Source: Thermotogota bacterium (GTDB lineage: Bacteria > Thermotogota > Thermotogae > Petrotogales > Petrotogaceae). From it: a DNA stretch of 51,996 nucleotides. Below the pieces are notes generated by a model. It ran no database searches and had not been told where the DNA came from. It was given only the letters and a program-made list of their open reading frames with translations. The DNA lies in contig JBNJGY010000009.1 in NCBI GenBank assembly GCA_051748045.1, positions 1 to 51,996 of the forward strand, in the 5' to 3' direction. Of this stretch, positions 1-7,906 are shown in pieces. Both the position numbers and the translations under genes were made by a program. Position 1 is the stretch's first letter; every line of letters starts with the position of its first letter.

Positions 1-205
1 TGTTTTATGTTATTTAAAAATTATATATGGGATTTTGATGGAACAGTTGTAGATACTTATCCAGCTACAATATCTAGCATTATAAAAACTATGAAAAAAA
101 TGGAGGTGTTTTATGTTATTTAAAAATTATATATGGGATTTTGATGGAACAGTTGTAGATACTTATCCAGCTACAATATCTAGCATTATAAAAACTATGA
201 AAAAA
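1..205 (+). repeat. Exact 99-bp direct repeat (1-99 = 107-205, period 106 bp) covering the 5' end of the HAD gene
   Basis: tgttttatgttatttaaaaattat...aaaactatgaaaaaa occurs at 1-99 and again at 107-205; the first copy runs off the window edge. Confidence 0.95.
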
Positions 206-745
206 TATGATATTCACTTAGACTACAAAACTATTTATAAAAAAGCAAAAATAACTCTTTCTGAAGTTTTTGATTATATTATAGAAAATTATGGTTTTGA
301 TGATAATATTGTAAGTGAGATTATAAATGATTTTTCAAAACTAGCTCCATCTGAAAGAGAACCATACGTGGATATTAAAAAAGTATTAAATAAAATAAAT
401 AATCAAAACGGATATAATTTTTTAGTAACTCATAGAGATAGAGATAGTACTTTAGAAATACTAAATTATTTTGATTTAAAAAAATATTTTAAAGAAATTA
501 TAACTTCTGATGATGGATTCAATTTAAAACCTGATCCTGATAGTTTTGTTTATTTGATTAATAAATATTATCTAAAAAATAATTTTACAGTTGGAATAGG
601 AGACAGGCTATTAGATATAGGAGCAGCTAAAAATTCAAATATTTATAGTATTTTTATGAATTTTGATAAAATAGAATATGATTATAAATCAGATTATGTT
701 TTTACAAACTATAATGATTTTTATAATAAAATAATACTGGGGTGA
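113..745 (+). CDS. HAD-superfamily hydrolase (phosphoglycolate phosphatase-like)
   Basis: Motif I WDFDGT, KPDP, motif IV GDRLLDI; GGAGG RBS at 102-106. Confidence 0.9.
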   Translation: MLFKNYIWDFDGTVVDTYPATISSIIKTMKKYDIHLDYKTIYKKAKITLSEVFDYIIENYGFDDNIVSEIINDFSKLAPSEREPYVDIKKVLNKINNQNGYNFLVTHRDRDSTLEILNYFDLKKYFKEIITSDDGFNLKPDPDSFVYLINKYYLKNNFTVGIGDRLLDIGAAKNSNIYSIFMNFDKIEYDYKSDYVFTNYNDFYNKIILG

Positions 746-749
746 TTAA

Positions 750-2897
750 ATGAATATTAGAAAAAAGATTTCTGATGAACTAAAGATATCAGATAAACAG
801 GTTAAAAGTACAATTGATCTATTAAATGAAGGCAATACTGTTCCTTTTATTAGTAGATATAGAAAAGAAGTTACTGGAAATTTAAATGAAGAACAAATAA
901 GAGATATTGAAGAAAAATTCAATTATTTTACTAAGTTAGAAGATTATAAAAAAACAGTATTAAAAAGCATTGAAGAACAAGGAAAACTTACTGATTCTCT
1001 GAAAAAGAAAATAATTGAATCAGGTAAGTTATCTGATGTAGAAGATTTATATCTTCCATACAAGAAAAGAAAAAAAACAAAAGCTGATATTGCATTAGAA
1101 AATGGTTTAGAACCAGCTTCAATAAAAGTTATGTTAGGCGAAAAAATTGATGATAATTATTTAACATCTTTTATTAATGAACAGTTCGAATCAATCAAAG
1201 AAGTCAAAGAAGGAATAGGAAATATTATAGGTCAAAATTTTGCACATGACAAAGAAAACAGAGATTTTTTTAGAGATCAATTTTTCAAGTTTGGTAAAAT
1301 TAGTTCAAATAAAAAGAAAAAATTTAAAGAAGAAATAACTAAATATGATATTTATGATAATTTTTCTGGACTTGTTAAGAATATTCCTGATTATAGAGTA
1401 TTAGCAATAAACAGAGGAGAGAAAGAAAATATACTTACTGTAAAAGTAGAATTAGAGGAAGATAAATATATAAAAAAATTAAAAGATCATTTAACAAACA
1501 AAGAACTAAATGATGAAATAATTAACTTAGGATTGAGTTATGGTTTGAAGAATATGTTATTACCATCTCTTGATAGAGAAGTAAGACAAACATTAACTGA
1601 AAAAGCTGAAAATAATTCAATTTCCTTATTTTCCGAAAATCTAAAACAGTTATTATTAACCCCACCATTAAAAAATAAAAAAGTACTAGCTTTAGATCCT
1701 GGTTATAGAACAGGTTGTAAAGTTGTAGCTTTAGATGAATATGGAAATCTATTAGACAATACAACTATTTTTCCTGTTGAACCTAAAAATCAAGTAGAAA
1801 AATCAATGAAAATTATTGATAAATTAATAAATAAGTTTAATCTAAATCTTATAGTAATAGGAAATGCAACTGCATCAAGAGAAACTCAACAATTTATAGT
1901 CAACTATATAAATGAATATAAAAAAAATATAAAATATATTTTTGCAAATGAATCAGGAGCTTCAGTTTATTCTGCTTCTAAATTAGCGAAAAAGGAATTC
2001 CCGGATAAAGATGTTACTGTTAGAGGTGCTGTTAGTATAGGAAGAAGAGTGCAAGATCCATTAGCTGAATTAGTAAAAATTGATCCTAAGTCAATAGGTG
2101 TAGGACAGTACCAACATGATGTTAACCAAAAATACCTTAAAGAAAAATTAGACAACACAGTTGAATCAGTTGTTAATAATGTTGGAGTTAATGTAAATAC
2201 TGCCTCATATGCTTTATTAGAACACGTATCAGGTTTAACAAGTAATATATCTAAAAAACTAGTTAATTTTAGAGAAAAAAATGGCCCATTTAAAGAAAGA
2301 AAAGACATTCTAGATGTAAAGGGTATTGGAGCAAAATCATTTGAACAAGCTGCTGGATTCTTAAAAATTTATGATGGCTTAAACCCACTAGAAATAACAA
2401 GTATTCATCCTGAATCATATGAAATAGCTGAAATATTGTTAAATAAAATAGGATTCAAAAAAGACGATATCTTAAATAAAAATGAAGAAATTAGAAAATA
2501 TCTTAGTTCATTTATTAATAATGAAGATAAATTAATTACAATGAGTGAATCATTAGAAACAGGCATCTATACATTAAAAGATATAATAAATGATCTTCTA
2601 AAGCCAGGTAGAGATCCTAGAGATGAATTACCTCAACCAATTTTATTTGATGATATTTTAAATTTTGAAGACCTAAAAGAAGGTATGAAGTTGGAAGGTA
2701 AAGTTACTAATATAACAGACTTTGGAGCATTTGTTGATTTGGGTATAAAAGAAAATGGATTAATTCATAAATCTAATATAGCTGAAAAATTTGTAAAACA
2801 CCCTTCTGAATTCTTGAGCATAAACCAAATTGTTAATGTAGAAATAATTGAAATTGATACACAAAGAAAAAGAATAAGTTTAAAATTAATAAAATAA
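750..2897 (+). CDS. tex: Tex/YhgF RNA-binding transcription accessory protein
   Basis: TVPFISRYRKEVTG, DPGYRTGCK, ESGASVYSAS, QDPLAELVKIDPKSIGVGQYQHDV, C-terminal S1 domain. Confidence 0.95.
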   Translation: MNIRKKISDELKISDKQVKSTIDLLNEGNTVPFISRYRKEVTGNLNEEQIRDIEEKFNYFTKLEDYKKTVLKSIEEQGKLTDSLKKKIIESGKLSDVEDLYLPYKKRKKTKADIALENGLEPASIKVMLGEKIDDNYLTSFINEQFESIKEVKEGIGNIIGQNFAHDKENRDFFRDQFFKFGKISSNKKKKFKEEITKYDIYDNFSGLVKNIPDYRVLAINRGEKENILTVKVELEEDKYIKKLKDHLTNKELNDEIINLGLSYGLKNMLLPSLDREVRQTLTEKAENNSISLFSENLKQLLLTPPLKNKKVLALDPGYRTGCKVVALDEYGNLLDNTTIFPVEPKNQVEKSMKIIDKLINKFNLNLIVIGNATASRETQQFIVNYINEYKKNIKYIFANESGASVYSASKLAKKEFPDKDVTVRGAVSIGRRVQDPLAELVKIDPKSIGVGQYQHDVNQKYLKEKLDNTVESVVNNVGVNVNTASYALLEHVSGLTSNISKKLVNFREKNGPFKERKDILDVKGIGAKSFEQAAGFLKIYDGLNPLEITSIHPESYEIAEILLNKIGFKKDDILNKNEEIRKYLSSFINNEDKLITMSESLETGIYTLKDIINDLLKPGRDPRDELPQPILFDDILNFEDLKEGMKLEGKVTNITDFGAFVDLGIKENGLIHKSNIAEKFVKHPSEFLSINQIVNVEIIEIDTQRKRISLKLIK

Positions 2898-2899
2898 AA

Positions 2900-2925
2900 A
2901 AAGGACAGCTTAAACGCTGTCCTTT
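2900..2925. terminator. Intrinsic terminator between convergent tex and hup
   Basis: Perfect 10-bp stem aaaggacagc/gctgtccttt with 6-nt loop; long T tract on the minus strand. Confidence 0.85.
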
Positions 2926-2933
2926 AATATAAA

Positions 2934-3206
2934 TTATTTTACTTTTTCTTTTAAATCTTTTCCTGAAACAAATTTAGGTACTTTTCTTGCAGGAATTTTA
3001 ATTGACTTACCTGTTTGAGGATTTACCCCTTTTCTAGCTTTTCTATCTTGCACCTTAAATGTACCAAATCCCACTAATTTTACTTCTTCACCTTTTGAAA
3101 GCTGTTCTGATACTACCTCAACAAAGCTATCAACAAATGTTTCTGCCATTTTTTTAGTAGTTGATGCTTTTTCAGATAAAGTATCTACAAGTTCTTTTTT
3201 GTTCAC
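2934..3206 (-). CDS. hup: DNA-binding protein HU
   Basis: MNKKELV...GFGTF...RKGVNPQTGKSIKIPARKVPKF; GTG start with AGGGGG RBS. Confidence 0.97.
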   Translation of the reverse strand: MNKKELVDTLSEKASTTKKMAETFVDSFVEVVSEQLSKGEEVKLVGFGTFKVQDRKARKGVNPQTGKSIKIPARKVPKFVSGKDLKEKVK

Positions 3207-3239
3207 TGAAAATTCCCCCTTTCGATAGATTAGATAAAC

Positions 3240-3821
3240 CTAATTTAAACCTTCAGAAATTTTATAAAATTTTGAAATAATAATTACTCTTTTATCTTGA
3301 ATCAAAGATTTAAATAAATTAGAGTTATTTTTAATGTAGTGATTATCCCCAAATAAATCTATATGGCCTAATTTTGTATCATTGTTTTCATCTTGAGATA
3401 TATACAATCTAGCTTTTGAATGTTTATACCATGGATTTATTTGTATCATATAATCATATTGTAGTTCATTTATTAGTTCTGTAATTTTTGCTCTTCTATT
3501 AAATACTTCTTTATTTGCTTTTATTATTAATTCTTTAAACTCTTCAGGTTTTTCCAAAATATCAAAAAGAAATATATCTTTATTTTCATCGTCAGAAATA
3601 AAATTATTATCATCATCAAGAATAATAAAATCTGAAAACTCATTTCTTTTCATATTAAACTTTAATGCGGAAATAACATCTTTTATTTTTTTTGCTTTTT
3701 TTATAATCATTTCTAATGATTCTTTATACTCAAAATTATTCTTCAAATAATAATTTTTTTTATGTTCTCCAAAATTTTTTGCTCTAGCTGATATATAAAT
3801 ATCACTCAAAATAATCACCAA
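3240..3821 (-). CDS. Hypothetical protein (start may be TTG at 3809)
   Basis: 193-aa ORF overlapping the DUF1175 stop; GGTGAT RBS before TTG 3809; no recognised motif. Confidence 0.7.
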   Translation of the reverse strand: MVIILSDIYISARAKNFGEHKKNYYLKNNFEYKESLEMIIKKAKKIKDVISALKFNMKRNEFSDFIILDDDNNFISDDENKDIFLFDILEKPEEFKELIIKANKEVFNRRAKITELINELQYDYMIQINPWYKHSKARLYISQDENNDTKLGHIDLFGDNHYIKNNSNLFKSLIQDKRVIIISKFYKISEGLN

Positions 3822-4569
3822 GTATTTTAAATCTATAAATACCTAAAAAATTTTTATTTTTTTCATCAATCATCCAAGTAGGATCTGCATATTTTAAATT
3901 ATCTATTAAAACAAGTCTTAATTCCCCAGGATTCTCAATAGAAATAGGACCTGTATGATAAATAACATAATCGTTATTTTTTTGCTTGATATAAACCATT
4001 AAATGATAAGGATATTCAATATCATAGGGATGAAAAAAAGCTAATATATCACCAGAGATAGCATTATTAATATTTTTACCTATTTTTTTCATATTATGTT
4101 CAATCAAATATCTTGCAGAAGCAAAATTAGAATAACTTTTTAAATCTTTAATATTATTGTCTATTAAAAATAGTTTTTCTCCTATAAAAGGAATATCAGG
4201 ATAATTATATTTTTCGACATCATTAAAAATTTTTGATTTATAATTATTATTAGAAATCCAAGTTTGATCATGTTTTTTTAAAGACTCTTTGTATGAATAT
4301 CTAATAATTCCTGAACAGTCAGAATAGGATTCTGGAATTAGTATATTTTTATTATATATATTTATTATAATGCTTTCAAACCATAATCTAAAAGCTTCAG
4401 CATCTTGTTTATTTAACTCCATTAAGTCTAAATAATTATTGTTATTTTTATCTAATAATTTTAATTCTTTTTTATCATCAGAATTGTAAAACATTATATA
4501 TATAAAAAAAACAATAATTAACATAATAGAAAAAAATAATATTCGATAAAATGTGTTTGCTTTATTCAT
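3802..4569 (-). CDS. DUF1175 (YfaT-like) membrane-anchored protein
   Basis: N-terminal TM helix; FRLWF, SDCSGIIRYSYKESLKKHD, GDILAFF, YHLM, YHTG, PTW...NKNFLGIYRF pattern recalled for DUF1175. Confidence 0.75.
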   Translation of the reverse strand: MNKANTFYRILFFSIMLIIVFFIYIMFYNSDDKKELKLLDKNNNNYLDLMELNKQDAEAFRLWFESIIINIYNKNILIPESYSDCSGIIRYSYKESLKKHDQTWISNNNYKSKIFNDVEKYNYPDIPFIGEKLFLIDNNIKDLKSYSNFASARYLIEHNMKKIGKNINNAISGDILAFFHPYDIEYPYHLMVYIKQKNNDYVIYHTGPISIENPGELRLVLIDNLKYADPTWMIDEKNKNFLGIYRFKILGDYFE

Positions 4570-4598
4570 AAAATCGCCCTTTAAAATAAATCATATAT

Positions 4599-4626
4599 AT
4601 TATACATTTTTTTTTTTATTTTTCAA
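4599..4626 (-). promoter_or_regulatory. Putative sigma70 promoter TTGAAA-N16-TATAAT for the DUF1175-hyp-hup unit
   Basis: Plus-strand attata at 4599-4604 and tttcaa at 4621-4626; the spacer contains an 11-nt homopolymer (4607-4617). Confidence 0.55.
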
Positions 4627-4704
4627 AATGCTATAAATAGATGTTTATAAATCATTTTTTGATATTTGAACTATTTATTGCTTAATTATTAACTAATTCA
4701 TTAA

Positions 4705-5625
4705 TTAATGAATTAATAGTTCAATATTTTCCTTTTCTGCTGCAACATTAAATAATCTTTCAGAAAAAATAATTTTACCCTTTGATTTTAATTCTATCTC
4801 TATTTCTGAATCCATTGATTCTTTTATATGATTAACCATCTTGCCTAGTTCAGGAGCTTTTAAAATTGAACCTTTTTTCATATATAATTTAATCTTTAAA
4901 GAATAATCTCTTTTAGTTATTTTTATTTTTAGATTTTCATCATTTTGAATGTAATCAATTTTTGAACCATTGTAAGTAGTAAATTTATATATTTTATTGT
5001 TATGATAAAAAAATATCAAAAAACCATTAAAAACAAAATTCAAAAAAGGAATTTTTGCAATAGACATAGATAAACTTGAATTTTTAAAATATCCTTGAGC
5101 CCATATCCATGCTTTTGGAAAACTAGTTCCCCAATCTTTTTCTATATAAATATTTCCATTTATATTATTATTATTTATTTTTCCTTCAATATTTGATTTC
5201 ATTGTAATAATTCCATGATTACATTCCATTTTTGGGAAATATGAATAAGGACCCATTACCCCAGGATATATAATATTTTTTAGAGGCGGAACTAAATCGT
5301 CTATTTTTAAATCTATAACATAATTATCTATATTTATTTTCAGTCTATCTTTTGAAAAATAATTTTGTTCAATTTTTATAATAAACCTATTTTTATCAAA
5401 TATAAATTTATTGATATCATATTTTTTGAAAATTGCATTTTCTTTTTCCGAATCAATAATCTGAATGAAAGAAAAATGTTCTTTATTATTTTTAGATATC
5501 CCAGGTATAAAAGCTATATTTCTATTTTCATAAGAAATTTTATAATACCATCCTTCAAAATAATTATTTTTATTTTCCCCATGATAAAAAATAGGATTAT
5601 AAAATTTTTTTATTTTATAAAACAT
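4705..5625 (-). CDS. Tocopherol cyclase family protein
   Basis: YFEGWYYK, MGPYSYFPKMECNHG, YIEKDWGTSFPKAWIWAQG. Confidence 0.8.
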   Translation of the reverse strand: MFYKIKKFYNPIFYHGENKNNYFEGWYYKISYENRNIAFIPGISKNNKEHFSFIQIIDSEKENAIFKKYDINKFIFDKNRFIIKIEQNYFSKDRLKINIDNYVIDLKIDDLVPPLKNIIYPGVMGPYSYFPKMECNHGIITMKSNIEGKINNNNINGNIYIEKDWGTSFPKAWIWAQGYFKNSSLSMSIAKIPFLNFVFNGFLIFFYHNNKIYKFTTYNGSKIDYIQNDENLKIKITKRDYSLKIKLYMKKGSILKAPELGKMVNHIKESMDSEIEIELKSKGKIIFSERLFNVAAEKENIELLIH

Positions 5626-5780
5626 TATTCTTTCACCTTTTTATAAGTATTACCACAATTTTTACATAAAAACACTTTAATAAAATAATATTTATCTGAT
5701 TTCATCTTTCTTTTCGTAATGTAAGTCATTTTAGAATTACAATTTGGACATTTTTTTATAAACATTTTATTTAAAATCAT
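5625..5780 (-). CDS. Unannotated 51-aa C4 zinc-ribbon protein
   Basis: Manual translation MILNKMFIKKCPNCNSKMTYITKRKMKSDKYYFIKVFLCKNCGNTYKKVKE*; GGATGGTGAT RBS; TAATG stop/start overlap with the next gene. Confidence 0.8.
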   Translation of the reverse strand: MILNKMFIKKCPNCNSKMTYITKRKMKSDKYYFIKVFLCKNCGNTYKKVKE

Positions 5781-5867
5781 ATTGATCACCATCCATTAAA
5801 CAATTAACATTGTCTTTAGATTTTTATGTTATTATGTTTTTGATAATTTGAAATATAGGAGGTTACC

Positions 5868-6617
5868 ATGAATGAAATCATATTAGGAATTGTACAAGGC
5901 TTTACTGAATTTTTACCAGTTTCATCATCGGGTCATTTAACAATTATTTCTGAATTTATTAACTTTAAACAAGACCCTTCATTTTTTGCATTATTACATT
6001 TAGCCACATTTTTCGCTGTATTTATATTTGTTTTTAGTGAAATAAAGCAAATTATTATAGGTTTATTTAAATGGGAAAAAGAAACATTGACACTTATATT
6101 AAAACTCTTAGTTTCTACTATTCCTGCAGTTATTGTCGGTTTAGTTCTTGAAGACTATTTTAAAGGCATGTTTGATTCAGTAAATATGGCTGCTACATTT
6201 TTAATTATAACATCTATTATGATGTTTTCATCAGATTTTTTTAATAAAGACAAAACAAATATGCTCTCTCTTTCCTATTTCAATGCTTTGATTATAGGTT
6301 TATTTCAAGCTTTTGCAATTTTTCCAGGTATTTCAAGGAGTGGAGCAACTCTATTTGCAGCATTAATGCTAGGAATGAACAAAAAATCAGCTGTTAAATA
6401 TTCTTTTTTAATGAGTTTACCTGTTACTTTCGGTGCTGGTATTCTTGAAATTGGAAATGTTGATTTTAATAGTAGCGTAATTTTTGGTGTTATTTCTGCT
6501 TTTATAGCAGGTTTAGTTGGTTTATTTCTTGTTAAAAAAAGTGTTATTAATGGAAAATTAAAAATATTCGCATTCTATACACTTGCAATGGCGATATTTA
6601 CATTTTTATATTTTTAG
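5868..6617 (+). CDS. uppP: Undecaprenyl-diphosphate phosphatase
   Basis: LGIVQGFTEFLPVSSSGH and QAFAIFPGISRSGAT signatures; AGGAGG RBS. Confidence 0.95.
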   Translation: MNEIILGIVQGFTEFLPVSSSGHLTIISEFINFKQDPSFFALLHLATFFAVFIFVFSEIKQIIIGLFKWEKETLTLILKLLVSTIPAVIVGLVLEDYFKGMFDSVNMAATFLIITSIMMFSSDFFNKDKTNMLSLSYFNALIIGLFQAFAIFPGISRSGATLFAALMLGMNKKSAVKYSFLMSLPVTFGAGILEIGNVDFNSSVIFGVISAFIAGLVGLFLVKKSVINGKLKIFAFYTLAMAIFTFLYF

Positions 6618-6629
6618 TGAGGTAATAAA

Positions 6630-7415
6630 ATGAAAACAATAAAAAATTTTCTTTTAGGTTTAATAATGGGACTTTCTAATCTTGTTCCGGGAGTAAGTGC
6701 GGGAACAATAGCAATTATCAGCGGTAAATACGATGATATAATAAATTCTGCTTCTGATTTATTTTCTTTTAAATTTTCAAAGAAGATATTTATTCTTTTA
6801 TTACCGATATTTATAGGGATTTTAATTGCAATTATAGCTTTCTCTAATGTTATTGTATTAATAATGAAAAATTATGAAATTGAATTAATGAATACTTTTG
6901 TGGGATTAATTTTAGGTGGTTTGTTTTTAATTTTTAAAGAAATAAATATAAAAAAGACTTCTAATATAATGTCTTTTATAATTTCTTTTATATCATTTAT
7001 TTTAATCTTTTTCTTTTTACCTGCAGAAGGTTCTGATAATACTAATTTCATCAATTTATTTTTAGGTGGATCAATAGGAGCTGCTGCTATGGTTTTACCA
7101 GGAATAAGTGGTTCTTCTATGTTGTTAATAATGGGTATTTATACACCAGTTTTAGAAGCAATTGGGGATTTAAATTTCAGTATTTTACTCCCAGTTGCAA
7201 TGGGTGTTGTATTTGGAATTATTTTTATAATAAAATTATTAAATCTACTTTTGAAAAAATATTATCAGGTTATAATGTCTATTTTACTTGCTTTAACTTT
7301 AAGTGGTGGAATAAAAATTTTACCTTTAACAAGTAATTATTTTAGTTATATTTTTATTTTTATAGGCTTACTCTTAGGAATATTATTAGAGAAATTTTTT
7401 AGTACAGAACGATAA
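6630..7415 (+). CDS. DUF368 family membrane protein (undecaprenyl-phosphate translocase family)
   Basis: Duplicated MGLSNLVPGVSAGTIA / AMVLPGISGSSMLLIMGIY motifs; multiple TM helices. Confidence 0.9.
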   Translation: MKTIKNFLLGLIMGLSNLVPGVSAGTIAIISGKYDDIINSASDLFSFKFSKKIFILLLPIFIGILIAIIAFSNVIVLIMKNYEIELMNTFVGLILGGLFLIFKEINIKKTSNIMSFIISFISFILIFFFLPAEGSDNTNFINLFLGGSIGAAAMVLPGISGSSMLLIMGIYTPVLEAIGDLNFSILLPVAMGVVFGIIFIIKLLNLLLKKYYQVIMSILLALTLSGGIKILPLTSNYFSYIFIFIGLLLGILLEKFFSTER

Positions 7416-7453
7416 AAAGAAAGAGCTTATTTTTAAAAGCTCTTTCTTTTTAT
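7412..7453. terminator. Bidirectional terminator
   Basis: Perfect 17-bp stem ataaaaagaaagagctt/aagctctttctttttat between convergent genes. Confidence 0.85.
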
Positions 7454-7906
7454 ATATTTTATTAATTCTTCGTAACTCATTTTTTTAAACTTCAAATAAT
7501 CATTTCCTGAGTCTATTTTTTGTAAATTTAATATAATTCCCTCCTGCTCGTATTTATCTAAACTTGTATGTTTTGCAAAATAGCAATGATAAAGTTCATG
7601 TTGTACTACATTTTTTATTTCTTCTTGATTTTTAAAATATTTAAAAGGAATAATCATAATGAATATCTTGCCATTTTTCTCTATTGTTGCCCCATTATAA
7701 TAACTATAGGGAAATTTTGTTATCTCTGTAAATTCTATTAAATTATCAGCTTCTAAAATTGGGTAATCGATTAATTCATATTTTAATTTAATTATGGTTT
7801 TGTAAAATAAATCTTTTTTACTATAAAAATCAGATGAATCATATATTTTATAAGAAAAACTAATCAAAGACAAAACCATAAAAATTAATAAAAAATATTT
7901 TTTCAT
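7433..7906 (-). CDS. Small secreted protein with HExxH zincin-like motif
   Basis: Signal peptide MKKYFLLIFMVLSLISFS; VVQHELYHCY followed by EQEG; TAATG coupling to the A2M gene. Confidence 0.65.
   Translation of the reverse strand: MKKYFLLIFMVLSLISFSYKIYDSSDFYSKKDLFYKTIIKLKYELIDYPILEADNLIEFTEITKFPYSYYNGATIEKNGKIFIMIIPFKYFKNQEEIKNVVQHELYHCYFAKHTSLDKYEQEGIILNLQKIDSGNDYLKFKKMSYEELIKYIKRKSF

Noticed and set aside
4694-4715. Perfect 22-bp palindrome taattcattaattaatgaatta at the cyclase stop codon
   Set aside because: Almost all A/T with no clear U tract; at most a weak terminator and not distinguishable from chance.
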